Positions 16,900 to 25,718 of a stretch of 40,216 nucleotides of DNA are shown here, piece by piece (positions within the stretch are counted from its first letter, which is position 1; every line of letters begins with the position of its first letter). The notes beneath the pieces were generated by a model. That model saw nothing but the letters and a program-made list of their open reading frames with translations, did no database searches and was not told where the DNA came from. Origin of the DNA: Kayfunavirus CLBP1; sequence record OZ035730.1; one strand, 5' to 3'. Made by a program: the position numbers and the translations under genes.

Positions 16900-17301
16900 A
16901 TGTTTGATTGCATTGAGTGGACCGGGTGTCGAGATAGTTTCGGCTACGGTATGCGAAAGGTCAACGGGAAGGTCCGTAGACTGCATCTGATAGCCTTCGA
17001 GGAGGCGAATGGTCCGATACCAGAGGGAATGGTCGTGAGGCACAAATGCGACAACCCAGCGTGCTACAATCCAGAACACTTGGAGCTGGGGACAAGGGCT
17101 GAGAACAATCACGATAGAGACATTAGAGGTCGAACCGCTAAAGGCGTGCGACATGGAAGCTCTAAGCTTACACCTGAAATAGTACAAGAGGCCAAGGTGC
17201 TTTACGCAGGAGGTGGCTGGACTCACCGCTCCTTAGGTAAGAAGTATGGAGTGGGTCACCGCACACTGGCTAGAGCAATTGGAGGAGAAACATGGACTTA
17301 A
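16900..17301 (+). CDS. HNH endonuclease (free-standing, between primase/helicase and DNA polymerase)
   Basis: ATG 16900 with SD GGAGGA 6 nt upstream; HKCDNPACYNPEHLELGTRAENNHD motif. Track start 16864 lies inside the RNase III hairpin. Confidence 0.75.
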   Translation: MFDCIEWTGCRDSFGYGMRKVNGKVRRLHLIAFEEANGPIPEGMVVRHKCDNPACYNPEHLELGTRAENNHDRDIRGRTAKGVRHGSSKLTPEIVQEAKVLYAGGGWTHRSLGKKYGVGHRTLARAIGGETWT

Positions 17302-19304
17302 GTAACGTATATGGGTCTGACATCGAGACCAATGGTCTACTTGATACAGTCTCCCAGTTTCACTGTGGGGTCCTGATTAACGCCGAGTCGAATGAGACCC
17401 TTAAGTATGGGGTAGCTCCGATGGTCGGTATCGTCGGTGGCTTCAAAGAGTATGTTCATAAAGTGGAAGAGATTGCCGCATCTCCTGATGGTATGCTGGT
17501 ATTCCATAACGGTATCAACTATGACGTCCCGGCTATCGACAAGCTGAAGCGTCTGTACTTTGGTAAACGATTTAACTTCCCGAAACACAAGATGATTGAT
17601 ACCTTGGTGCTGGGCCGCTTGATGTATCCAAACATTAAGTTCTCAGACATGGGCGCGGTGAAAGCTGGTCGTCTGCCACCTAAGATGATGGGGCGCCAGT
17701 CTCTTGAGGCTTGGGGCTATCGTCTAGGTGAGATGAAGGGTGAGTACAAACACGATTACGTTGCCAAATGCAAGGCTGAAGGTATCGAATATAAGGCTGG
17801 GGACGAATGGTTGTTCCCGTCTCAGGAGATGCTGGACTATAACGTTCAAGACGTTGTGGTCACACTGGCGTTGTTCAAGAAGTTCCTGACTGACAAGTAT
17901 TACTTCCAGTCTGAACAGTTCGCTTTCGACCAGATTTATGCGTTGCGTCTGGAACATGATGCTGCGTGGACCTGTGCGAAGATGGAACGTAACGGCTATC
18001 CGATGAACACCGAGATGGTCGAAGGCTTATATCGTGAACTCACCGTCAAACGTGCAGAGCTGCTGGACAAGCTGCGTTCGACTTTCGGTAGCTGGTATGC
18101 ACCGAAGGGAGGCAAGGAGTTCTTCAAGCACCCACGTACAGGCAAGGACCTTCCTAAGTATCCGCGAGTCGTGTATCCTAAGGTCGGTGGCATCTTTAAG
18201 AAGCCGAAGAACAAAGCTCAACGATTAGGTCTTGAGCCTTGCGAGTTCGACTCACGAGACACGATGGAAGGAGCGCCATTCACGCCAATAACTTACGTTG
18301 AGTTTAATCCGGGAAGCGGAGACCACTTAGCGAAAGTCCTGATGGAGCGTGGCTGGGAACCTGTGGACTTCACTGACACCGGGAAGCCTGTAGTCGATGA
18401 CGAGACGTTAGAACACGTTAAGTTACCAGACGAAGAGGCTCAGGCTTGCGTAGAGCTGGTCCGTGAGTATCTGGTAGTCCAGAAGCGCATCGGTCAGGCG
18501 GCTGAAGGTAAGAACGCATGGTTGAAACTTGTAGGTCCAGACGGACGTATGCACGGTTCAATCAACCCATGTGGTGCAGTAACCGGACGTGCGACCCATA
18601 GTACACCAAACATGGCTCAGGTCCCGGCTAACGGTGCCCCATACGGTGAGACTTGCCGTGGTGCTTTCGGTGCAGCGTGGAACAAGAAGGACGGCAAGCC
18701 AGACCCTTGGATTCAAGTAGGTGTGGATGCCTCAGGTCTTGAGCTTCGTTGTCTGGGGAACCGAGCGGCTCCGTTTGATGGTGGTGACTATGCGAAGACT
18801 GTAGTCGAAGGTGACATCCACTGGGCAAACGCAGTCAACGCTGGACTAGCACCTAACGTCCCACGCGACAAGTCTAGCCATGACCATGATGCTTTCCGTA
18901 ATAACGCTAAGACGTTCATCTATGCGTTCCTGTATGGTGCAGGGGCCGCTAAGATTGGACTGATAGTCGGAGGTGGTAAGAAGGAGGGTTCAGCTCTCAT
19001 GAAGAAATTCATTGAGGGTACACCAGCTATCAAGGACCTCAGGGAAGCTGTACAGAACACGCTCATCTCCGAGTCCAAATGGGTGGACGGTGAGAACATC
19101 GTGAAGTGGAAACGTCGCTGGCTGAAAGGTCTGGATGGTAGACGCATTCACATCCGGTCGCCACACTCAGCACTTAACGCTCTACTTCAGGGTGACGGTG
19201 CGGTTGTCTGTAAACACTGGATTGTTGAGACTGAACGTATGCTTGAAGAGGCCGGGTATGTCCACGGCTGGGAAGGAGACTTTGCGTACATGGCATGGGT
19301 GCAT
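17292..19304 (+). CDS. DNA polymerase (T7 gp5-like), exon 1
   Basis: Collinear with remembered T7 DNA polymerase from DIETNGLL through FAYMAWVH; frame then hits TAA at 19305-19307, ~50 residues before the expected C-terminus. Confidence 0.9.
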
Positions 19305-19902
19305 TAACATCATGGTGCACATTAAATCTGGTGAACTCGGTGAACTCCTAATGGGACAATACCGAGCCAAGCCATAGGGAGGATGTATGAGAGGCAAGAA
19401 GTTAATTCTTGAGGCCACTGAGACTGGCTGCATAATCCCTACGTCACATAAATTGAATCAGGATGGATACTTCCGAAAGAGGACTAACGGTGTCCTTGAG
19501 ATGTATCATAGAACTGTATGGATTAAAGCTAATGGTCCAATACCTGAAGGTTTCGAAGTAGACCACAAGTGTCGTAATAGAGCTTGTTGCAACGTCGAAC
19601 ATCTACAAGTATTATACCGGGACTCACACTTAGTCAAGACCAACAAAGAGCGATACGCTGCTAGGAAGCTAGAAGCACGAGACTACTGGGTAGAGACTGG
19701 GTGTACTGGAACGAAGTTAGCCGAAGTATTCAATGTGTCGTTCTCAGCCGCCTGTGGGTGGATTAGAGAGTGGAAGGCGTAGAGACTATCCGAAAGGAGT
19801 AGGGCCGTGGGTGAGATTCCCACGTAACCCGAAGCGCCAGACAGTCACCTCAAAGACTGATGATATAGTCCGACACTTCCAGTAATGGGAGAATACAGAA
19901 AG
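19305..19902 (+). mobile_element. Group I intron (about 598 nt) interrupting the DNA polymerase gene, carrying an HNH endonuclease ORF
   Basis: Separates two polymerase segments in different frames; exon end GUGCAU (19299-19304) pairs with intron GUGCAC (19315-19320); CAUC (19308-19311) complements exon-2 GAUG; last intron base is G (19902); GATATAGTCCGAC (19862-19874) resembles the group I P7 3' strand. Confidence 0.75.
19387..19782 (+). CDS. Intron-encoded HNH homing endonuclease
   Basis: 131 aa; own SD GGGAGG; EVDHKCRNRACCNVEHLQ HNH/zinc motif; lies entirely inside the intron. Confidence 0.8.
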   Translation: MRGKKLILEATETGCIIPTSHKLNQDGYFRKRTNGVLEMYHRTVWIKANGPIPEGFEVDHKCRNRACCNVEHLQVLYRDSHLVKTNKERYAARKLEARDYWVETGCTGTKLAEVFNVSFSAACGWIREWKA

Positions 19903-20058
19903 GATGAGTTACAGATTGCTTGTCGTACTCAAGAAATAGCAGAACGTACAGTAGAAATTGCTCAACTTGCTATGCGTAAGGTGGGTGAGTTCTATAACTT
20001 TAAATGTGTCCTTGATACCGAAGGTAAGATTGGACCAACGTGGAAGGAGTGTCACTAA
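19903..20058 (+). CDS. DNA polymerase (T7 gp5-like), exon 2 (C-terminal 51 codons)
   Basis: Hand-translated DELQIACRTQEIAERTVEIAQLAMRKVGEFYNFKCVLDTEGKIGPTWKECH, aligns with T7 DNAP C-terminus DEIQVGCRTEEIAQ...DTEGKMGPNWAICH; no SD before this segment. Confidence 0.85.
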   Translation, partial: DELQIACRTQEIAERTVEIAQLAMRKVGEFYNFKCVLDTEGKIGPTWKECH

Positions 20059-20342
20059 TGGCTATTACTAAACGTATTCGTGTGAGTTTTGACCTGAAGA
20101 TGGTCGTTAGCTCAAAGGAAGAGGAGACCATGTGTCGCCAACTGGCTGAGATGACTAAAGCCTACGCTGAGGGTGAGAAGCTGGATGGACTTCAGTTGGC
20201 TCTGGTCAAAGCAGCAATCGAGTCAGGCCCTGAGTCTGCTCTTGAAATTGCCGTCAAGAAGGTCATCAAAAAGGAGCTGGTAGATGCCTTTGGTGACGAC
20301 CAGTTCGGTGTGTCAAACCTGCGATTCGAGGTCAAACGATGA
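20058..20342 (+). CDS. gp5.5-like protein
   Basis: Start MAITKRIRVSFDL resembles remembered T7 gp5.5 MAMTKKFKVSFDV; SD GGAGT upstream; ATG overlaps polymerase stop (TAATG). Confidence 0.65.
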   Translation: MAITKRIRVSFDLKMVVSSKEEETMCRQLAEMTKAYAEGEKLDGLQLALVKAAIESGPESALEIAVKKVIKKELVDAFGDDQFGVSNLRFEVKR

Positions 20343-20548
20343 GTGAATACTTACGGGTCCTTGCGGCCCTTAAGTCCTGCCCGAAGACCTTCCAGTCCAA
20401 CTACGTCCGCAACAATGCGGCACTGGTGGCTGAGGCTGCGAGTCGTGGACATCTGAGCTGCCTGTCTATGGACGGGCGTAACAACGGTGCGTGGGAGATT
20501 ACAGCTGCTGGCACCAAGTTCCTGAACCAACACGGAGGCTGTCTATGA
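20339..20548 (+). CDS. gp5.7-like protein
   Basis: 69 aa MSEYLRVLAALKSCPKTFQSNYVRNNAALVAEAASRGH...; same length and position as T7 gp5.7; ATGA overlap upstream. Confidence 0.7.
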   Translation: MSEYLRVLAALKSCPKTFQSNYVRNNAALVAEAASRGHLSCLSMDGRNNGAWEITAAGTKFLNQHGGCL

Positions 20549-20781
20549 GTGAGCTGGATTTACTGAAGAAGTTTGACGAACTTATGTCACATCTTAATGG
20601 CGAAGAGAACCCACGGGCAGAAGAGTTCCGCGAGGCGCTATGGGCGAAGTTAGACTCTGCCGCCGATGATAAACTCTGGCGTGAGTGCCTGGAGTCTGGC
20701 GGGGTGGACAACTGGTCTGGGTTCTCTGAGTCACTGTCGGAAGGTGGTTATTACAAGGAGTACGACCATGACTTCTGGTAA
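20545..20781 (+). CDS. Hypothetical acidic protein (78 aa) at the gp5.9 position
   Basis: ATG 20545 with SD GGAGG; MSELDLLKKFDELMSHLNGEENPRAEEFREALWAKLDSAADDKLWRECLESGGVDNW..., strongly acidic; overlaps gp5.7 stop and gp6 start. Confidence 0.55.
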   Translation: MSELDLLKKFDELMSHLNGEENPRAEEFREALWAKLDSAADDKLWRECLESGGVDNWSGFSESLSEGGYYKEYDHDFW

Positions 20782-21637
20782 GAAGATAGCTCTGGTGCTG
20801 GATGGTGACTATCTGGTCTTCTCTTCTATGGCTGCTGCCGAGGACGAGACAGACTGGGGTGATGACATCTGGACCCTTATCTGCGACCACGAGAAGTCCC
20901 GTCGTATCCTTGAGAACACCATCGCTGAAATCATTAAGAAGCGAAAGGCGTGGAAAGACGCTAAGATTGTGATGTGCTTCACCGACGATGAGAACTGGCG
21001 CAAGTCCATCCTGCCTACCTATAAGGCCAACCGTAAAGGTTCTCGCAAGCCTGTAGGTTACAAGAAGTTCGTAGCCGAAGTGATGGCTGACCCACGGTTC
21101 AACAGCTTCCTGCGGCCAACGCTGGAGGGAGATGACTGTATGGGTATCATCGGGACACGACCTCAGATTGTAGGTTGTGACCATGCGGTTCTGGTATCCT
21201 GCGATAAGGACTTCAAGACCATCCCTAACTGTGAGTTCTTCTGGTTAACCACTGGTGAAATCCTGAGTCATACGACTGCTGAGGCAGACTACTGGCACAT
21301 GGAGCAGACCATCAAGGGTGACACTACAGATGGCTACGGCGGGATTCCGGGGATGGGTGAGGACACCACTCGTGCGTTCCTTGACGAGCCGTACTACTTC
21401 GTGCAGGAGAGCCGTGAGCTTAAGACTGGTAAGAACAAAGGCCAGATTAAGACTGAGTGGAAGAAGTATCCAAAGCGTGAAGACATGACGCTGTGGGACT
21501 GCATGGTTACTCTGGCGGCTAAAGCTGGGATGACCGAGGAGGAACTTCTGGTCCAAGCTCAGGTCGCTCGTATTTGCCGAGCCTCCGACTATGACCCTAA
21601 GTCCAAGGAGGTCATCCTGTGGACACCATCCATGTGA
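20768..21637 (+). CDS. 5'-3' exonuclease (T7 gp6-like)
   Basis: From ATG 20768 (SD AAGGAG): LVLDGDYLVF...ICDHEKSRRILE...KANRKGSRKPVGY...LEGDDCMGIIG...SCDKDFKTIPNCEFFW...TIKGDTTDGYGGIPG...LWDCMVTLAAKAGMTEEEL matches remembered T7 gp6. Confidence 0.92.
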   Translation: MTSGKKIALVLDGDYLVFSSMAAAEDETDWGDDIWTLICDHEKSRRILENTIAEIIKKRKAWKDAKIVMCFTDDENWRKSILPTYKANRKGSRKPVGYKKFVAEVMADPRFNSFLRPTLEGDDCMGIIGTRPQIVGCDHAVLVSCDKDFKTIPNCEFFWLTTGEILSHTTAEADYWHMEQTIKGDTTDGYGGIPGMGEDTTRAFLDEPYYFVQESRELKTGKNKGQIKTEWKKYPKREDMTLWDCMVTLAAKAGMTEEELLVQAQVARICRASDYDPKSKEVILWTPSM

Positions 21638-21763
21638 TATACTGGGCCGGACTGCTGGCCCTTTACTGCATGTACAAGTGGTTCGGGTCGAACAACCGTC
21701 CTAAGCACTGAGTCTAACCGATAGTCATATCCTATCAATCCAATAGTCATCCATAGGTGAAAC

Positions 21764-21786
21764 ACTAAACTATCACTATAGGGACT
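21764..21786 (+). promoter_or_regulatory. Phage RNAP promoter (phi6.5-like)
   Basis: CTAAACTATCACTATAGGGACTT; +1 G at 21781. Confidence 0.8.
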
Positions 21787-21847
21787 TTAGGACCTAAGAT
21801 ATGACTATAAGATAGACTTTAGTCTTAACTTAAAGAGGAGATTCAAG

Positions 21848-22120
21848 ATGGCGATTAATGCTATTGAAAACGTTGTTAAGCAGTTACAGGAAGAAAGACT
21901 TGATGTCCCGAACATCTCCCAGTCTGCCATCCAGTTCATGCACGTACTGTTCAACGCAAGCTATGCTGAGAAGACGGGAGCTATCAGCCTCCTCAAGCAG
22001 CAAGGCTACAGCGATGCGTTCATTGCCGGGTTCATCAAGGGTCTCCAGTATTGTTCTGACACTCTCGACTCTGCGATTGCTATGCGTCGTGAGCTGAAAG
22101 ATACCGTTCAGTTCGATTAA
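21848..22120 (+). CDS. gp6.5-like protein
   Basis: 90 aa; SD AGAGGAG upstream; first gene after the phi6.5-like promoter; synteny only. Confidence 0.55.
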   Translation: MAINAIENVVKQLQEERLDVPNISQSAIQFMHVLFNASYAEKTGAISLLKQQGYSDAFIAGFIKGLQYCSDTLDSAIAMRRELKDTVQFD

Positions 22121-22134
22121 CTGTAGGAGGGACT

Positions 22135-22359
22135 ATGTGTTTCAGTCCAAAGATTAGCACTCCGAAGCCTTCGGTCCAAGCACCTGAACCAGCACCTCTG
22201 AGTGAGGAAGTTGCGTCAGTTGACATCGGGGCTGAATCGGATGTGGACACAAACGAGACCAAAGGTATCAAAGACCTTAAGGTTAAGAAGGAGTCTGCAC
22301 CTAAAGATAAATCGTCAGTGAGCCGCGCTATGCGAGCCTCTGGCGTAAACATGGGGTAA
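22135..22359 (+). CDS. gp6.7-like virion protein
   Basis: MCFSPKISTPKP...EPAPLSEEV matches the remembered N-terminus of T7 gp6.7. Confidence 0.75.
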   Translation: MCFSPKISTPKPSVQAPEPAPLSEEVASVDIGAESDVDTNETKGIKDLKVKKESAPKDKSSVSRAMRASGVNMG

Positions 22360-22363
22360 GACA

Positions 22364-22768
22364 ATGCTACCATATCTCAACTCACGCGAAGGTCGCCACA
22401 TGTGCGCCTGTCGCCTCTGGGAAGACGGGCAGTCTAACTTCAAGTCATTCGAGGACTTCAAGGCTCATACTTACCGTATGGCTGACGAGTTCGATGGTGA
22501 AGAGTACACAATATACGATGTCTCAGGTCAACCAGTAGCGTATCTCTACATGCTGGCTACCGCATCTTGGCACCGACCGACTCCCGGTCTTGACCTTTCA
22601 ATCGTCGCTATTCGCCGTGACTCGCAGTCCTCCCGCAAGGTTCTTGAGACTGTCAGACACATCATAGACGAAGAGTGCAAGCGTTGGGGTCTTGGCTGGT
22701 ATTCTCGTGTCAAGCATGTTTCCGGGTCGGTAGACATCGTAACAACTAAGGAGATTAATCGTGGGTAA
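22364..22768 (+). CDS. gp7-like virion protein (by position)
   Basis: 134 aa, similar in size to T7 gp7; synteny only. Confidence 0.55.
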   Translation: MLPYLNSREGRHMCACRLWEDGQSNFKSFEDFKAHTYRMADEFDGEEYTIYDVSGQPVAYLYMLATASWHRPTPGLDLSIVAIRRDSQSSRKVLETVRHIIDEECKRWGLGWYSRVKHVSGSVDIVTTKEINRG

Positions 22769-23009
22769 ATCAATCAGTAAGGCCTTCAAGAAAGTGGTGA
22801 AAAGTACGCTAGGGACCGTTGGTCTTGGCTCTGACGATGCGCCTAAGGTTGTTGAGGCTCAGACCCCAGCAGCACCAGTGGAAGTACCGAACGACAAAGT
22901 GGAGGATGTGGATACTGAAACAACCGCATCTGATGAGAAGAAAGTGAAGCGTTCTGGTAAGCGTAGCCTTCAGGTCTCTCGCACCTCTGGTGGCGGTATT
23001 TCTATTTAA
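22761..23009 (+). CDS. gp7.3-like tail/adsorption protein
   Basis: MGKSISKAFKKVVKSTLG...KRSGKRSLQVSRTSGGGISI resembles remembered T7 gp7.3 ends. Confidence 0.7.
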   Translation: MGKSISKAFKKVVKSTLGTVGLGSDDAPKVVEAQTPAAPVEVPNDKVEDVDTETTASDEKKVKRSGKRSLQVSRTSGGGISI

Positions 23010-23020
23010 GGAGGTGATTA

Positions 23021-24589
23021 ATGGCTGAACGTGAAGGGTTCGCTGCTGAAGGAGCCAAAGCGGTCTATGACCGACTGAAGAACGGTAGACAGCCATATGA
23101 GACACGCGCTCAGAACTGTGCTGCTGTCACTATCCCGTCACTGTTTCCTAAGGAGTCAGACAACTCATCTACTGAGTATACCACTCCGTGGCAATCCGTA
23201 GGTGCTCGCTGCTTGAACAACTTGGCTGCAAAGCTGATGTTGGCGTTATTCCCTCAGTCACCGTGGATGAGACTGACAGTCTCCGAATATGAGGCAAAGA
23301 CCTTGAGTCAGGACTCAGAGGCTGCTGCTCGTGTTGACGAAGGACTGGCTATGGTCGAGCGTGTATTGATGGCCTACATGGAGACTAACAGTTTCCGTGT
23401 CCCATTGTTCGAGGCCCTGAAGCAGCTTATCGTCTCAGGTAACTGCCTGCTCTACATTCCTCCTCCAGAACAAGGAACCTACAGTCCGATGCGGATGTAC
23501 CGATTAGTGTCTTACGTTGTTCAACGTGATGCGTTCGGTAACATCTTGCAGATTGTGACTCTCGACAAGGTAGCGTTTAGTGCTCTACCGGAAGACGTGA
23601 AGTCTCAACTCAACGCAGACGACTATGAGCCTGACACCGAGCTTGAAGTGTATACGCACATCTACCGTCAAGACGACGAGTATCTACGCTACGAGGAAGT
23701 GGAAGGAATTGAGGTAGCAGGGACCGATGGTTCCTACCCGCTGACTGCATGTCCGTACATCCCGGTACGAATGGTTCGACTGGATGGTGAAGACTACGGT
23801 CGTTCTTACTGCGAGGAGTATCTGGGAGACCTGAACTCTCTGGAGACGATTACAGAAGCTATCACCAAAATGGCTAAGGTAGCCTCCAAGGTGGTGGGCC
23901 TCGTTAACCCGAACGGCATCACGCAACCTCGACGTCTGAACAAGGCGGCTACAGGTGAGTTCGTGGCTGGTCGCGTTGAGGACATCAACTTCCTGCAACT
24001 GACGAAAGGTCAGGACTTTACGATTGCTAAGTCGGTGGCTGACGCTATCGAGCAACGTCTAGGCTGGGCCTTCCTTCTCAATAGTGCTGTTCAGCGTAAT
24101 GCTGAGCGAGTCACTGCCGAAGAGATTCGTTATGTTGCTGGCGAACTGGAGGCGACCTTAGGTGGCGTGTACTCAGTACAGTCACAAGAGCTTCAGTTAC
24201 CTATCGTCCGTGTGCTGATGAACCAGCTTCAGTCTGCTGGCATGATTCCTGACCTTCCGAAAGAAGCGGTAGAGCCTACTGTCTCCACTGGTCTGGAAGC
24301 GTTAGGTCGTGGTCAAGACTTAGAGAAGCTGACTCAGGCAGTCAACATGATGACCGGGCTACAGCCTCTGCAACAGGACCCAGACATTAACTTGCCGACC
24401 CTGAAGCTGCGACTGCTGAATGCCTTAGGTATTGACACTGCTGGGTTGCTGCTGACTCAGGACGAGAAGTTGCAACGTATGGCTGAACAATCCGCTCAAG
24501 GAGCTGTGGTCAACGGTGCGTCTGCTGCTGGTGCTAACATGGGAGCTACTGTTGGACAAGTAGCTGGTGAGGACGTGGCTCAAGCCTAA
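23021..24589 (+). CDS. Portal (head-to-tail connector) protein (T7 gp8-like)
   Basis: 522 aa; SD AAGGAGG upstream; size and position as T7 gp8. Confidence 0.9.
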   Translation: MAEREGFAAEGAKAVYDRLKNGRQPYETRAQNCAAVTIPSLFPKESDNSSTEYTTPWQSVGARCLNNLAAKLMLALFPQSPWMRLTVSEYEAKTLSQDSEAAARVDEGLAMVERVLMAYMETNSFRVPLFEALKQLIVSGNCLLYIPPPEQGTYSPMRMYRLVSYVVQRDAFGNILQIVTLDKVAFSALPEDVKSQLNADDYEPDTELEVYTHIYRQDDEYLRYEEVEGIEVAGTDGSYPLTACPYIPVRMVRLDGEDYGRSYCEEYLGDLNSLETITEAITKMAKVASKVVGLVNPNGITQPRRLNKAATGEFVAGRVEDINFLQLTKGQDFTIAKSVADAIEQRLGWAFLLNSAVQRNAERVTAEEIRYVAGELEATLGGVYSVQSQELQLPIVRVLMNQLQSAGMIPDLPKEAVEPTVSTGLEALGRGQDLEKLTQAVNMMTGLQPLQQDPDINLPTLKLRLLNALGIDTAGLLLTQDEKLQRMAEQSAQGAVVNGASAAGANMGATVGQVAGEDVAQA

Positions 24590-24607
24590 ACTATCACTAT
24601 AGGAACA
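24585..24607 (+). promoter_or_regulatory. Phage RNAP promoter (phi9-like)
   Basis: CCTAAACTATCACTATAGGAACA; overlaps the portal gene 3' end; +1 G at 24602. Confidence 0.8.
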
Positions 24608-24704
24608 CCGAAAGTAAGAGCGACTAAGCCGACCATATGGTAGCCGTTAGTTCCACACTGCAAGTAGGTGTTTACCTATTAACGACTTAAAGGAGAACGA
24701 CTCA

Positions 24705-25592
24705 ATGTCTCAATCAGTTTATGCCGAGTTCGGCGTTAGCTCTAATGCAATCACTGGTTCCGTTGAGGACCTGAACGAACACCAAAAGTCTATGCTTGAA
24801 CAGGACGTAGCTGTTCGTGATGGTGACGACGCTATTACCTTCAAGCAACTGGAAGCCGAAAACGAAGAGGCTACCGAAGAAGACGAGAACGTCGAAGAGG
24901 CTGAAGGTGAAGAAGAAGACCACGAGTCCGATGACGAAGAGTCTGAGACCGATGGTGAGCAGCCTGAGTTCATTGAACTGGGTGATGCACCGAAAGAGCT
25001 GACCGAAAGTGTCACCGCTCTGGATGAAAACGAAGCTGCATTCGACGACATGGTGTCTTCTGCTGTGGAAGCTGGCAAGGTCACTGCTGATGAAATTACC
25101 GCTATCAAGGCTGAATACGCCAAGGACGGTAAGCTGTCTGACGCATCCTACGCTAAGTTGCAGGAAGCAGGTTACACCAAGCGTTTCGTAGATTCGTTTG
25201 TCCGTGGTCAGGAAGCTCTGGCTGAACAGTATGCTGCTGGAGTGGTTCGCTACGCTGGTGGAGCTGAACAGTTTAACCGCATTCTGTCTCACCTTGAGTC
25301 AACCGACCCGTCAACTCGTGAGGCACTGGAAGCTGCTATCGTTCGTAAGGACATTGCGACTACCAAAGCTCTGCTGAATCTGGCTGGCAAGACTCTTGGT
25401 AAAGCTGTAGGCGTTAAACCTCAGCGTACCATCACCAATCAGGCTAAACCTGTGGTAGCACCTAAGGCTCCTAAGACCGAAGCATTCAGCTCTAAGGCTG
25501 ACATGATTAAGGCTATGAGTGACCCGCGATACCTGCGTGACGCTAAGTACACGATGGAAGTGCGCGCTAAGGTAGCTGCATCGAGCCTGTAG
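24705..25592 (+). CDS. Capsid assembly (scaffolding) protein (T7 gp9-like)
   Basis: 295 aa, highly acidic central region; SD AAGGAGAA upstream; size and position as T7 gp9. Confidence 0.85.
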   Translation: MSQSVYAEFGVSSNAITGSVEDLNEHQKSMLEQDVAVRDGDDAITFKQLEAENEEATEEDENVEEAEGEEEDHESDDEESETDGEQPEFIELGDAPKELTESVTALDENEAAFDDMVSSAVEAGKVTADEITAIKAEYAKDGKLSDASYAKLQEAGYTKRFVDSFVRGQEALAEQYAAGVVRYAGGAEQFNRILSHLESTDPSTREALEAAIVRKDIATTKALLNLAGKTLGKAVGVKPQRTITNQAKPVVAPKAPKTEAFSSKADMIKAMSDPRYLRDAKYTMEVRAKVAASSL

Positions 25593-25593
25593 G

Positions 25594-25616
25594 ACTAAAC
25601 TATCACTATAGGGAGA
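25594..25616 (+). promoter_or_regulatory. Phage RNAP promoter (phi10-like, drives major capsid gene)
   Basis: ACTAAACTATCACTATAGGGAGA; +1 G at 25611. Confidence 0.85.
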
Positions 25617-25718
25617 CCAAGAGACAGACTCAAGGTTTCCCTATTACTTCAGTCCATACGGATTGGGCGTACAGTAAGTAATAAACTTTATCTTTCAATT
25701 GAATAGGAGAATTATCAT

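Noticed and set aside
16864-17301. Track start at 16864 (GTG) or ATG 16873 for the HNH endonuclease.
   Set aside because: Both lie inside the conserved RNase III-type hairpin and lack an SD. ATG 16900 has GGAGGA 6 nt upstream.
19305-19902. Intein or readthrough as alternative explanations for the interrupted DNA polymerase.
   Set aside because: The two polymerase segments are in different frames (insert length 3n+1), the first ends in a stop codon, and the HNH ORF has its own SD and start. These fit an RNA intron, not an in-frame protein splicing element.
20594-21184. Long minus-strand ORFs in the track (for example 20594..21184, 24714..25292, 24719..25123, 26127..26708, 30763..31254, 2936..3367).
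   Set aside because: Each lies antisense to a + strand gene with strong homology support (exonuclease, scaffold, capsid, gp14, terminase). T7-like genomes are transcribed in one direction and all eleven promoters found are on the + strand.
20666-21637. Track start 20666 for the exonuclease (323 aa).
   Set aside because: The first 34 codons overlap the acidic ORF in another frame and do not resemble the T7 gp6 N-terminus. ATG 20768 with AAGGAG upstream aligns with the conserved LVLDGDYLVF region.
21634-21711. GTG-initiated 25-codon ORF after the exonuclease (VIYWAGLLALYCMYKWFGSNNRPKH).
   Set aside because: Non-ATG start, no clear SD, and no similarity to T7 gp6.3 that I can recall. Left uncalled.
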